DNA of 64,000 nt. Source: a virus. The stretch spans positions 129,829-193,828 of the IMG/VR virus record IMGVR_UViG_3300047445_000186; one strand, written 5' to 3'. Shown here in pieces: positions 18,571 to 27,890 of the stretch (position 1 is its first letter; the number at the start of each line of letters is the position of its first letter). The notes below the pieces were generated by a model. That model saw only the letters and a program-made list of their open reading frames with translations, did not search any database and was not told where the DNA came from. The translations under genes and the position numbers were made by a program.

Positions 18571-18987
18571 TCACGCTGCTTTGACGCGGAATTCTTCCTT
18601 GTCATGGCCAGCTTGAACAGCTTCCCGCAGCCAGCGTGGCGTACTCCCTCCACCCGACCACTTGTTCCCATTCTCGTCCGAGTACTTCACCGCCTTCGGA
18701 ACTCCAGCGAGAGGTCCACGGTGAACCTTCTCCTTCCTCGACTTGCTGTGCACTGCTTGAGCGCGCTTTGACACGACCTTCTTCGCGGGTTTCTGCTTCG
18801 CGACTGCCTTGACCTTCTTGAGCGACACACCATCTGCAGCGTACAGATCGGCCGCGGTGATGCTGTACACGGCGATTGCTTCGCGAATGCGCTTGATCAC
18901 GCCATCAGCTTCGCGCTGACGCATTGCGTTCGCTTTGTCTTGGAGCGCAGCTATTTGCGCCATCAATGCTTCGTACGATCTTGCCAT
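18571..18987 (-). CDS. H-NS family nucleoid-associated protein
   Basis: C-terminal KYSDENGNKWSGGGSTPRWLREAV matches the H-NS DNA-binding motif (Y..ENGE.KTWTGQGRTP..I). N-terminal coiled-coil. Confidence 0.85.
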   Translation of the reverse strand: MARSYEALMAQIAALQDKANAMRQREADGVIKRIREAIAVYSITAADLYAADGVSLKKVKAVAKQKPAKKVVSKRAQAVHSKSRKEKVHRGPLAGVPKAVKYSDENGNKWSGGGSTPRWLREAVQAGHDKEEFRVKAA

Positions 18988-18997
18988 TCTTTGCTCC

Positions 18998-19360
18998 TCA
19001 GATTTGCTTCAACCATTCACGGATTTTCTGGCCGTCAGATTCGACGTTCGCCAGAATGCGGCCGATCAAGGCCTTGTCGCGCTCATTGAACGTGACACAG
19101 TTAACCTTCAGAGCATGCAGCAAATTCGCGCAGTACCCCTCAGTGATGTACAGAGCCCACGCAAGTTCGCGTTGTCTGAGTTGTTCAAATGATTTGGCTG
19201 GGTGATTCTGCTTGGCTCCAAGTCCGTTCAGATAGTTCGTCAAGACTCTGGCAGGCGGCTTTGGCGTCTTATTCCGCTCTCGTACTATTGACTCGAAGTC
19301 GATGATTTTGGCGGTACGTGGCTTCATTGCGGGCCGTCTTTTCGGTGCAGCTGCTGGCAT
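18998..19360 (-). CDS. hypothetical protein (120 aa), first gene of minus-strand H-NS operon
   Basis: ORF. An AT-rich divergent promoter region with a palindrome lies upstream. Confidence 0.45.
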   Translation of the reverse strand: MPAAAPKRRPAMKPRTAKIIDFESIVRERNKTPKPPARVLTNYLNGLGAKQNHPAKSFEQLRQRELAWALYITEGYCANLLHALKVNCVTFNERDKALIGRILANVESDGQKIREWLKQI

Positions 19361-19394
19361 GTATCCTCCTAGAGGTTGGGCGATTTAATAAAAA

Positions 19395-19413
19395 GTGTCC
19401 TGAATTAGGACAC
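19395..19413. promoter_or_regulatory. perfect 7-5-7 palindrome GTGTCCTgaattAGGACAC in AT-rich divergent intergenic region
   Basis: Seen directly. Located between the minus-strand operon (18998-19360) and the + strand gene at 19501. Flanked by AATAAAAA and TTTTAATT. Confidence 0.45.
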
Positions 19414-19500
19414 GTGTTCATTTTAATTCGTGAACCTGAGTCCGACTCCTTGTTACCTTCGTTACGAAGTGGAACAATTAAATAGACCGGAGGTCATGAT

Positions 19501-20046
19501 ATGAAATACTGGTCGCGCGTGCATTTGCCGAATTACGAAGAAGGTGCAGCGAAAATTATGGAGTGGGTCGAGCAGCGGAGATACACCAAGAACGGACACT
19601 TCTGGAACCACGTTGGAGCGACAGTGCTAAGGGCGCTCGCTCCTGGACTGTTCGAAGATTTGAAGCCATATGGTGTCGTCACGTACGCAGCAATTCTCGT
19701 CTCCCCTCCAGGCCTGATGAACATTCACATCGATGACGAAGCAACGAATCTCGGTGTTCAAGCTCGTATTCAGATTCCACTGAAGAACACTGCTGGTACC
19801 GAGACCCGTTTTTACTCAATTGAGCACGCAGTTCCTATCAAGACTCCAACCACGAATGGTCTGCACTTCTGGCGGTACGATGAGGAGCAGTGCGAGCAAG
19901 TTGACATGGTCAGCGTGACTGAGCCGACCATTCTCCGAATCAGCGCGCCGCACGCAGTTTACGTGCCGCCAAATGCGCCGAAGCGATACGCCTTGACTCT
20001 CCGCCTTACCAATGATCCAGTGAGATACCTAGATGAGCACTCCTAA
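19501..20046 (+). CDS. cupin-fold (2OG-Fe oxygenase-like) protein, paralog of 22125 and 62223(-)
   Basis: Shares the core ...PPG...HIDDE...QARIQIPL... with the paralogs (HVDGEK / HLDSGE). Confidence 0.5.
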   Translation: MKYWSRVHLPNYEEGAAKIMEWVEQRRYTKNGHFWNHVGATVLRALAPGLFEDLKPYGVVTYAAILVSPPGLMNIHIDDEATNLGVQARIQIPLKNTAGTETRFYSIEHAVPIKTPTTNGLHFWRYDEEQCEQVDMVSVTEPTILRISAPHAVYVPPNAPKRYALTLRLTNDPVRYLDEHS

Positions 20047-20656
20047 AAACATTTCAAGCCTGTTCAAAATCGAATGGGACAAAGTTATCAGTCAAGTTCA
20101 AGAAATCTCGAAGCTCGAGAAGGTTAGTTTCACTGGTGGTGGATGGGGAGGCTGGAGCCTGACGTCAAACACCGGGAAGTTCGCCGATGGTTGGGAAGCC
20201 GGTCAGCTCGCGTTCAAGCGCGACGAGGACGGGAACATCTACAAGGATGAAGAGCTTGCCAAGAAGCTTGGCGTTCAAAAGCACGGTGCCCATAACAAAT
20301 ACACCGAGATCGCCACGCCAGAGTTGATGTCGTGCGTTCAGCAGGTTGCGAAGTACGGTCTCAGACCTGATCGTGCCAGAATTACGCAGCTCTCTCCGAC
20401 TCAACACGCGCAATGGCACACAGATGGAACGCCGGAGATCGACACATTCCGCGTGCACTTCGTATTTGAGACGAACCCCGAGGCGTTCTTCTATACTCAG
20501 GCCGGAACATTCCATCTTGAAGCACGGCAAGTGTACATGGTGAAGGTGAATGATCTGCACAAGGTCGAGAACCTTGGTGAGACAAAGCGAACCCATCTGA
20601 TCATGGACATCTTCGCTCCACGGGCAAAGTACTTCTACTATGTTGCCGCCCTATAA
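20033..20656 (+). CDS. Asp/Asn beta-hydroxylase-like 2OG-Fe(II) oxygenase
   Basis: QWHTDGTPE...FRVHFVFET...HLIMDIF pattern resembles PF05118-type hydroxylases (LpxO/OlsC relatives). Confidence 0.45.
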   Translation: MSTPKNISSLFKIEWDKVISQVQEISKLEKVSFTGGGWGGWSLTSNTGKFADGWEAGQLAFKRDEDGNIYKDEELAKKLGVQKHGAHNKYTEIATPELMSCVQQVAKYGLRPDRARITQLSPTQHAQWHTDGTPEIDTFRVHFVFETNPEAFFYTQAGTFHLEARQVYMVKVNDLHKVENLGETKRTHLIMDIFAPRAKYFYYVAAL

Positions 20657-21227
20657 GTCACTCGACTTCAAGTTGTTGTCTGATGAGGCGATCAAGAAGA
20701 TCGCTGATTTTGTTCTGGCAAAGCCTGAAGTAATCCAATCACACGTGTCTACCGTGACTGGTAAGTACGATGGGATCAGCTATCCGAAGCCACAAGCATT
20801 GACGGCGATCTTGGGGCTGATCAGAGCCGAGTACAAGATCATCCGTGAATCTTGCACGCTGCCATTCGAACCGTCTCTGATTTACTGCAAGCCAGGCACT
20901 GTCGTTCAGCGCCATGCCGACGGAAAGAAGTCAACTCGGATGTGCACGATCATTACGCCGATCCATCCATTGACTGAGTACGCGCCAACAATGTTCTGGC
21001 AGAGCTGGAACGCGAGATCACCACGCGCGGTGCTTACGATTGATAAGCTCCCTGCACTCGTGAACATCCAAGAGCTGCACAGTCTGACGAACGGCTCTGA
21101 GCCTCGATTCAACTTCCAACTCGGCTTTGGCGAACCGTACGAGGTCGTTCTTGACTTACTTCAGCGGGGTGAGTTGTTCAAGAAGCTCGGTGAACGTGCA
21201 AGTCCACTTGTCTCTGAACTGAATTGA
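20640..21227 (+). CDS. hypothetical protein (195 aa)
   Basis: ORF overlapping the upstream gene by 17 nt. Confidence 0.45.
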   Translation: MLPPYKSLDFKLLSDEAIKKIADFVLAKPEVIQSHVSTVTGKYDGISYPKPQALTAILGLIRAEYKIIRESCTLPFEPSLIYCKPGTVVQRHADGKKSTRMCTIITPIHPLTEYAPTMFWQSWNARSPRAVLTIDKLPALVNIQELHSLTNGSEPRFNFQLGFGEPYEVVLDLLQRGELFKKLGERASPLVSELN

Positions 21228-22088
21228 TCGAGCCTCAAGCAGGGGCGTGTGATTCCGATGGTACAGAACTGGAACCATCTCAGCACCAGTGAACTTCATT
21301 CGATTGGCAAGCTCAGGCCAATACTTCTTGTACACTTTGTACTTCACGTACCTTGAGTTCTCGAAGATTTTCGTGGCGATCTTGTCTTCACCCATAGCGA
21401 GTCGTTCAATTAATGGCTCGCGCATCATCGACAGAACAATCTCAGGCGTGTGCTCAAAGAATCCGAGTCCACCGAGAATACCTTCGGAGATTGCATATCG
21501 ATACCAAGCGAGAATGTGCTCGAGCTGAACGTACTTCCATTCAGTGCCGAACTTCTCGAGGTACATGTCACCGTTCCCCATCACTGGCAGACCGTTCCAC
21601 TCGTTCCAAATCACATTCATGAGCTTCATGTGTGGAACCATGCCGAACGTATCAGCCTGAGATTGAGTGAACATCGTCCGAGCTTCATTCGTCACGATCC
21701 AATTCTCGATCGTGATCATGTAGTACTCGGGATTCAGATTCATGCTCTTGCAGAACTGTTCAACATACGCGATCTCATGAACGTTCTTGTCTTGCGTGAA
21801 TCTGAACGTGGCGATCTTGAACGGCACGTCGGCCTCAATGAACGCCTTCACGACTACTTCGCTGTCCATGCCGCCACTGAGCATCACAACTGGAATCCGA
21901 CCGAGGCTCTTTGCCTGTTCGCTCAGGAGCTTTGCAACGTTCACGCACTCTTCACGGAATGTACCAGGTTCGCGAGTGCAACGAGAGAACGAACATTGCA
22001 AGGTGTTCTCAGCGATCTTATCGTTCGGGTTGAACAGCCCGCCCTCGTATCCGAACTGAACGTGATCATCAAGTGTAAAGGGTAGCAT
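21156..22088 (-). CDS. PP-loop ATP pyrophosphatase (asparagine synthetase-like / adenine-nucleotide alpha-hydrolase)
   Basis: SGGMDS PP-loop motif (VVMLSGGMDSEVV) about 70 aa from the N-terminus. Confidence 0.6.
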   Translation of the reverse strand: MLPFTLDDHVQFGYEGGLFNPNDKIAENTLQCSFSRCTREPGTFREECVNVAKLLSEQAKSLGRIPVVMLSGGMDSEVVVKAFIEADVPFKIATFRFTQDKNVHEIAYVEQFCKSMNLNPEYYMITIENWIVTNEARTMFTQSQADTFGMVPHMKLMNVIWNEWNGLPVMGNGDMYLEKFGTEWKYVQLEHILAWYRYAISEGILGGLGFFEHTPEIVLSMMREPLIERLAMGEDKIATKIFENSRYVKYKVYKKYWPELANRMKFTGAEMVPVLYHRNHTPLLEARSIQFRDKWTCTFTELLEQLTPLK

Positions 22089-22124
22089 TTTGGAATCGGT
22101 AAATACTCGAGCAAATATTTAGAA

Positions 22125-22691
22125 GTGCCCTCGATGTCAAAGTACTCCAAGAATCTCGTGATCCCTTTCGAACTCGATCTGTTCCCTTCAGTGAAGGCTT
22201 CAGGTGAAGGAGCGCCACTGGACAAGCTTGGTCACTTCAAGTACGACAAGAGCTCGCTGCCGCAAGAGCTGATTGAGTTCATGCGCGAGCGTGATCTACA
22301 ACCAGGACATTGTGAGGTGTTCTACACTCCGCCTGGCGCGTCACTGCCGATTCACGTTGATGGCGAGAAGCTCTCTAATTTGGCGAAGATCAATTGGTGC
22401 TACGGCGGACCAGGGAGCATGATGACTTGGTACAAGCTTCTCGTGCCTGAATCAGAGGTTGAACAGAAGCAAACTGGTCTTGAGACCAGCTATCTGATTC
22501 CGTCGTTCAAGCAGTGCCGAATGATTCACTCTGCGAAGATCGGGTTGCCTACTCTCGTGAACGTTGGAGTGCCGCATGCCGTGATCAATCCTTCACGTGT
22601 CGGACGATGGGTGCTTAGCGTAGTGCCGTACGACCTGCAATTAGGCAGCAATCTGTCATTCGACGTTGCTCTGGAGCGGCTCAGCCGATAA
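22125..22691 (+). CDS. cupin-fold oxygenase-like protein (paralog family)
   Basis: CEVFYTPPGASLPIHVDGEK...NLAKINWCYGGPGSMMTWYKL is closely similar to the 62223..62798(-) product. Confidence 0.5.
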   Translation: MPSMSKYSKNLVIPFELDLFPSVKASGEGAPLDKLGHFKYDKSSLPQELIEFMRERDLQPGHCEVFYTPPGASLPIHVDGEKLSNLAKINWCYGGPGSMMTWYKLLVPESEVEQKQTGLETSYLIPSFKQCRMIHSAKIGLPTLVNVGVPHAVINPSRVGRWVLSVVPYDLQLGSNLSFDVALERLSR

Positions 22692-23436
22692 ACTCTGGGA
22701 GCGCTTTCTTACTGAGGTGTGCGAGATTACCGTACTTCTGAACAGAGCGCTCGAGCAGATCTTCGCACTTCTCCAAATTCATCGTGGCTCGAGTGAAGAT
22801 CATCAAGATCTTGATGTGATCGTCGTGATAGGAACTGCCATGCTTTGCTCGCACGTTGTTCCAACCGAATACGTTCGTGTCTGTCCGCGCCAGTGGCAGA
22901 ATTGGATTTGAATTGCTCGCACCAGGAACGCATTGGCGAATGAACAACGTCTCTCTTGGGTTGTTGTCGTACAGCATGATTCGGAAGCTGGACGGCATGT
23001 CTTCCCATGGAGACTGATCACGATGAAGACCAACTGGTCGTTCACTTGACCATAGCGAGAACTCAGGCTCTCCATCAAATGGAAGCGCCTTGATGCCTTC
23101 TGCAATCTCAGGGAATTCAGTCAGAACATCGTGCTTGTTCTGCTCCCAGATATCGTCAAGCTGATTCGGAGAGTTCACACTCAAGAACGTTCGGTCTGCT
23201 TTGTACGCATCACCCGCAACGTCAGCTCGGACCTTGTTCACGGTTTTTGCGCGCTCAAGGAACCACGACAAGAACAGCTCAGGATCGTTCGGCTTGATTG
23301 ATGGAATATCAAGCGGAAGGTACATGTACTTCCCGTACTTGTGCTCAAGAAGACCGAGCTTGATCCGCTGGCCCTTGTACCTCTTGTCGAGATACGCGTT
23401 CCGCCATTCAATGATGTTCTGTCGTTCAGTGCTCAT
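22681..23436 (-). CDS. hypothetical protein (251 aa), possibly cupin/dioxygenase-like
   Basis: ORF on the minus strand. Contains GLHRDQSP and HGSSYHDDH His-rich motifs. Confidence 0.4.
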   Translation of the reverse strand: MSTERQNIIEWRNAYLDKRYKGQRIKLGLLEHKYGKYMYLPLDIPSIKPNDPELFLSWFLERAKTVNKVRADVAGDAYKADRTFLSVNSPNQLDDIWEQNKHDVLTEFPEIAEGIKALPFDGEPEFSLWSSERPVGLHRDQSPWEDMPSSFRIMLYDNNPRETLFIRQCVPGASNSNPILPLARTDTNVFGWNNVRAKHGSSYHDDHIKILMIFTRATMNLEKCEDLLERSVQKYGNLAHLSKKALPEFIG

Positions 23437-23472
23437 GGGTTATTTAGCCTAGCCGCGCCCCGTAAATATCAG

Positions 23473-24060
23473 ATGAAAGCACGCCAAACTACCATTGCAG
23501 ATCGTCCCCAGATTGAAGCGATCGTGAAGTCTAACCCGAAGATGTACGGAGCTGACATCACTCGGTATCACAGCATCACGATCCATCGATTCGTTGGGCA
23601 CGTGGTTGGCGATCTGGCGAAGACTGCATGGTGTGTCGAAGACGACGAGGGTCAGATCGTCGGACTGGCGATTCAGTTCTGGTGGACCTCAATGCCGGCC
23701 TGGTCGATTGCCTCTCTGTTCTTCAAGAATGAACCTGGCAAGAATCAGTTCAACGCGCACAAGATTGGCGCCGTCCTGGTGAATGCGATGTGCAAAGAAG
23801 CCGAATCCCGAAAGATGTACGACTTCTACTACGTAGTAAGAGATAATGAATCTCTTCGTAAGAACATGAGCTTGAGCGTGAACGACGAATTCACGGAGAG
23901 GTACGAGATCAACGATCTGTTCCTGCTGCATCCGTACACTTCGCCGATCTACCCGATGTTCAAGAACATGCTCGGACACGTAATTGGGCGGAACCGCAAA
24001 CCAGTGGTTTTCCGCCTTGCATCGCTTAAGAGCAAATATAGGCCGTCTGTATGGGTGTGA
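23473..24060 (+). CDS. hypothetical protein (about 195 aa)
   Basis: ATG 23473. The listed ORF start 23341 would overlap the convergent gene. Confidence 0.45.
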   Translation: MKARQTTIADRPQIEAIVKSNPKMYGADITRYHSITIHRFVGHVVGDLAKTAWCVEDDEGQIVGLAIQFWWTSMPAWSIASLFFKNEPGKNQFNAHKIGAVLVNAMCKEAESRKMYDFYYVVRDNESLRKNMSLSVNDEFTERYEINDLFLLHPYTSPIYPMFKNMLGHVIGRNRKPVVFRLASLKSKYRPSVWV

Positions 24061-25505
24061 ACGTTCTGATCTTCACTTGCGTCTCTGGACGATTGTTCCA
24101 GCGCGCGATTGGAGCGTACCAGGTTGCTGGGTTTCTGCGGCAGCATGGGTACTCAGTGCAGGTCGTTGACTTCACAGACAACTTCACTGAACAGGAATTG
24201 AAGAAGGCCGTCGATCTTTACGTCGACGAGACAACCCTCGCTGTCGGCGTTTCAACCACGTTCTACAGTCATCTCGAAAACAAGTTCATCGCCGCGAAGA
24301 AGACCTTCGACGCGATCATTCCACAGGAACTTGAGAACGCGATCGTGTACTCGAAGGAGAAATTCCCGAAAGTAAAGATCGTTTTCGGTGGTTCGCGATC
24401 ACTGGCAGGCGAGGCAATGCCTTGGGTTGACATGGTCATTCACGGGTACGGTGAAGACAAGTTCCTGACGTACTTGGATGGTCTGTCTGGGCGCGCACCA
24501 AAGATCTTCTCGATCGGCAAGCCCTTGCGCGTGATCATGGACGATCCGCCGAAGAAGCGATTCGACATCCAAGAGCTGAGCCATCAGTTCGCGCCACAGG
24601 ACTTCGTTCTACCTGGTGAAACGCTCCCGATTGAAATCAGCCGTGGCTGTATCTTCAAGTGCAAGTTCTGCGCGTACCCGCTGAATGGCAAGAAGAAGAT
24701 GGACTTCCTTCGTTCCGCTCAGTGCGTTCAGGAAGAGCTGTTGCACAACTACGAGAAGTACGGAACCACGTCGTACTTTATCGGCGACGACACGTTCAAC
24801 GACAGCACATTCAAGCTAGAGGCATTGCACAAGGTAATCACCGAGCTGCCGTTCAAGCCGAAGTTCACGTGCTATCTGCGACTCGATCTGCTGTACGCTC
24901 ATCGCGAACAGATCCAGCTCCTCGATGAGATGGGTCTTGCTTCACCGTTCTTTGGGATCGAATCGCTGAATCAAAAGTCAGCCACCTCGATCGGCAAGGG
25001 CATGAAGACTGGCAAGGTCAAGGATTTCCTACTCGAGCTCTATCACGATCACTGGCGCGGAGAGAAGCCATTCACGTGCTCGTTCATTGTCGGTCTGCCG
25101 CATGAGACCCGTGAAACCGTTCAAGAGACATTTGAGTGGGTGAAGAAGACTGAACTGAGCTCGACGTTCTTTCCGCTGAGCATCTCAATCAAGTCGTTCT
25201 ACCAGTCCGAGTTCAATCGGAACTACAAGGATTACGGGTACGATCTGAAGGATCCAGAGACCGGGTACTGGGAGAGTGAGAATTTCACGCTCGATTCGGC
25301 CACTGAGATTGCCGAGCAGTTCAACAAAGAGCTGATGTACACGAACGATCGGCCGAGCTCTTGGTTCCTGATGACGATGCTGAATCACGGGATGACCCTT
25401 GAAGAGGCACGAAAGGTCTTGGTGAAGGACCTGCCTTGGCCGAAGATTCTGCGGACAAAGCGGGACAAGGTCGCCGAGTACAAAAAGCTTGTTCTGCAGA
25501 GCTAA
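24051..25505 (+). CDS. B12-binding radical SAM enzyme (class B)
   Basis: N-terminal Rossmann-like cobalamin-binding region, then EISRGCIFKCKFCAY (CxxxCxxC 4Fe-4S/SAM motif). Confidence 0.85.
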   Translation: MGVNVLIFTCVSGRLFQRAIGAYQVAGFLRQHGYSVQVVDFTDNFTEQELKKAVDLYVDETTLAVGVSTTFYSHLENKFIAAKKTFDAIIPQELENAIVYSKEKFPKVKIVFGGSRSLAGEAMPWVDMVIHGYGEDKFLTYLDGLSGRAPKIFSIGKPLRVIMDDPPKKRFDIQELSHQFAPQDFVLPGETLPIEISRGCIFKCKFCAYPLNGKKKMDFLRSAQCVQEELLHNYEKYGTTSYFIGDDTFNDSTFKLEALHKVITELPFKPKFTCYLRLDLLYAHREQIQLLDEMGLASPFFGIESLNQKSATSIGKGMKTGKVKDFLLELYHDHWRGEKPFTCSFIVGLPHETRETVQETFEWVKKTELSSTFFPLSISIKSFYQSEFNRNYKDYGYDLKDPETGYWESENFTLDSATEIAEQFNKELMYTNDRPSSWFLMTMLNHGMTLEEARKVLVKDLPWPKILRTKRDKVAEYKKLVLQS

Positions 25506-25530
25506 ATATCCGGTTAAACTTGGAAGACTC

Positions 25531-25839
25531 ATGCACAAAGTTACCTACAAATACACGCATCCGACAGATGCCACTGGCCTGATCTCGATGACGACAGAGG
25601 AACTCGCGTACCGCGACACGTTCCTGACATGGGCGTATCAGAACGGCCTCGTTGCAACAGAGACCAGCATTGTCGACACAAAGACGATCATGCACGAAGT
25701 TCTGTGGAGCAACAAGATCGCGTTCGACGCTTTCCGTGGTCACTTCGGTCAAGAGTACCACACGTTCGTTGATAACATCCTCGCTCAAGTTGAAGCGAAG
25801 GGTGGCTCGCACGAACTGATCGAAGCTGACATCGCCTAA
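25531..25839 (+). CDS. hypothetical protein (about 102 aa)
   Basis: ATG 25531 after GGAAGA. ORF continues to TAA 25839. Confidence 0.4.
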   Translation: MHKVTYKYTHPTDATGLISMTTEELAYRDTFLTWAYQNGLVATETSIVDTKTIMHEVLWSNKIAFDAFRGHFGQEYHTFVDNILAQVEAKGGSHELIEADIA

Positions 25840-26546
25840 TGCTGTCACTGGATGAAGCTCAACGGGCGCTGATTCTCAAGAAGCTTGCGCCCCTAGGACG
25901 TGTACCTCGGTACGATGCGGAGGCGCAGACCGTCACGCTCTCCGAGACATCAGCACGTCGCTTCATCATTGATGGGACCGCGTGCACCCAGCGGCCGCGT
26001 TCAATCGCGCTCCAGGACCCAAAGGCGTACGATCCGTCTTATCTCGGATTTGGTATTCACGAAGCCCTCAGTGTTCTGATCCAAGACGACTACGCACTGT
26101 ACGCGACTCTGTTCGACACCGTCAGACAGATCGATTCGACAGCAAGCACAATGTTCGGTTCATGCGAGCAGGCGGCGTTGATTCTGTCGCATAATTCATT
26201 CGGTGAAGAGCTGTTCCCGCATGTTCATGCCAGATCGATGATGGACACGCAGACTCTGTCGCTGTTCGTGAATTTGACTGGGACTGACTCAGCAACCCTG
26301 ACGCTATTCGATCCGGTCACTGAAGACTCACGAGTGTTCAAGAACGGATACACCGATCATCGCGTTGTTGCGGTGCACGCTCGGAAAGCCGATCAGCGTG
26401 AAATCAAGATCGAACACGGGTCATTCATCCTGTTCGACGCTGCGAAGACACCACACAAGTTCTCGTACAGCGACGACATCTGGCTCACGTTCGTGTACGA
26501 TCACGTCAATGGAGTCAGAGAAGATGTTCGCGCCAACTCCCTTTAA
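25839..26546 (+). CDS. hypothetical protein (235 aa)
   Basis: TAATG overlap with the upstream gene. Confidence 0.45.
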   Translation: MLSLDEAQRALILKKLAPLGRVPRYDAEAQTVTLSETSARRFIIDGTACTQRPRSIALQDPKAYDPSYLGFGIHEALSVLIQDDYALYATLFDTVRQIDSTASTMFGSCEQAALILSHNSFGEELFPHVHARSMMDTQTLSLFVNLTGTDSATLTLFDPVTEDSRVFKNGYTDHRVVAVHARKADQREIKIEHGSFILFDAAKTPHKFSYSDDIWLTFVYDHVNGVREDVRANSL

Positions 26547-27279
26547 GATCCTTTTCGTTCAGCTCCTGGCATGGATCGGTATTCCGGTCCTGCTTTGGTA
26601 TGGTTCATGGGTGCACATCATCGGCGCCCTGCTGATGTACACACTGTACGGTGGTGCTGGAGTTTCACTGACGTTCCATCGGATCCTGTCGCACGCTGCG
26701 TTCAAGTTGAATCCAATTGTGCGGAAGATCATGATCACGCTTGCGAGCTTCGCGAACGTCGGATCACCAATCACCTGGGTTGCCGTACATCGAGCGCACC
26801 ATCGGTTCGTTGACACTGAACGCGATCCGCATTCACCACATCACATGCCGTTCTGGTACATGATGTTCGGCACGATGTACTCACAAGTCTCGGTGAAGTT
26901 CACTGTCGATCTGCTTCGTGATCCATTCTGTAGGTTCATCCATAAATACTACTTCGCAGTTCAGCTTCCATGGATCGTTCTGCTGTTCTTGCTTGGCGGG
27001 TGGAAAGCCGTTCTTGCGTTCCATCTCGTTCCAGGCGGAATGACATGGCTTGGCGGATCGCTCGTGAACTACTTGAATCATCTACATGGGTACAAACCAT
27101 TCGACGGTCAGGGAACTAGCACGAACAATCTGATCACTGGATTCTTGGTGTTCGGAGAAGGTTGGCACAACATGCATCACGCGAAGCCGACCACACCGAC
27201 TACGAAGCTGAATTGGTGGGAGTTCGATTTGGTTTACCAGATCGGCAGACTGATTGGAACACCAAGGGGCAAGAGATGA
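26524..27279 (+). CDS. membrane fatty-acid (acyl-lipid) desaturase
   Basis: Three His boxes (HRILSH, HRAHHRF, HNMHHA) and TM helices. RBS GGAG 9 nt upstream of ATG 26524. Confidence 0.85.
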   Translation: MFAPTPFKILFVQLLAWIGIPVLLWYGSWVHIIGALLMYTLYGGAGVSLTFHRILSHAAFKLNPIVRKIMITLASFANVGSPITWVAVHRAHHRFVDTERDPHSPHHMPFWYMMFGTMYSQVSVKFTVDLLRDPFCRFIHKYYFAVQLPWIVLLFLLGGWKAVLAFHLVPGGMTWLGGSLVNYLNHLHGYKPFDGQGTSTNNLITGFLVFGEGWHNMHHAKPTTPTTKLNWWEFDLVYQIGRLIGTPRGKR

Positions 27280-27890
27280 TTTACTCAGTCGAGAACTGGG
27301 AGCTTGTTCAGCGTTTACGGGCTGACAAGCAGGCGTTGATGGATGAGTACACTGGCGCAGCGAACAGAACGCTGAACAAAGTGAACGCACTCACGAAGTC
27401 GAACAAGATGCTGTTCGATAAGCCGATGAGCGTGCTTCCATACATCTGGGATACTAGGCTCTGGACGGCCGATGAAAAGATTGGTGCAAAGATCGACACA
27501 GTTGGTCTGCTTCAACCGCCGAACCCATTGCCAGTGGGGAACACGATCGTACAAGACTTCCCGTGCATTCGGCAATTCTTCTGGGCTTCACTGCTTCCAG
27601 GTGGAAAGATCAATCCGCACGTTGGCGTGAACGGCATTCTGTACAAGCGAATCCCTGATCATTACCGCATTCAAATCTGCTGGTTCCCAGGAACGGGCGC
27701 TGCATTTCACGTTCAAGATCGATTCATCGAGTACAAGGAAGATGCGTGCTTCGGCTTCGAAGACGGTAATGAGCTTCACTGGGTCGAGCATCATGGCGAT
27801 CAAATCAGAACCACTCTCATTCTTGATGTGTGGCGTGATCAAGTACCTGCGCTGCGCGCACCTCATCCAGATGCTGTTCTCAAAAGTTGA
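27276..27890 (+). CDS. Asp/Asn beta-hydroxylase-family (LpxO/OlsC-like) 2OG-Fe(II) oxygenase
   Basis: ATGA coupling to the desaturase. KINPHVGVNGILYKRIPDHY...FHVQDR...HWVEHHGD conserved-His pattern of PF05118. Confidence 0.55.
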   Translation: MIYSVENWELVQRLRADKQALMDEYTGAANRTLNKVNALTKSNKMLFDKPMSVLPYIWDTRLWTADEKIGAKIDTVGLLQPPNPLPVGNTIVQDFPCIRQFFWASLLPGGKINPHVGVNGILYKRIPDHYRIQICWFPGTGAAFHVQDRFIEYKEDACFGFEDGNELHWVEHHGDQIRTTLILDVWRDQVPALRAPHPDAVLKS

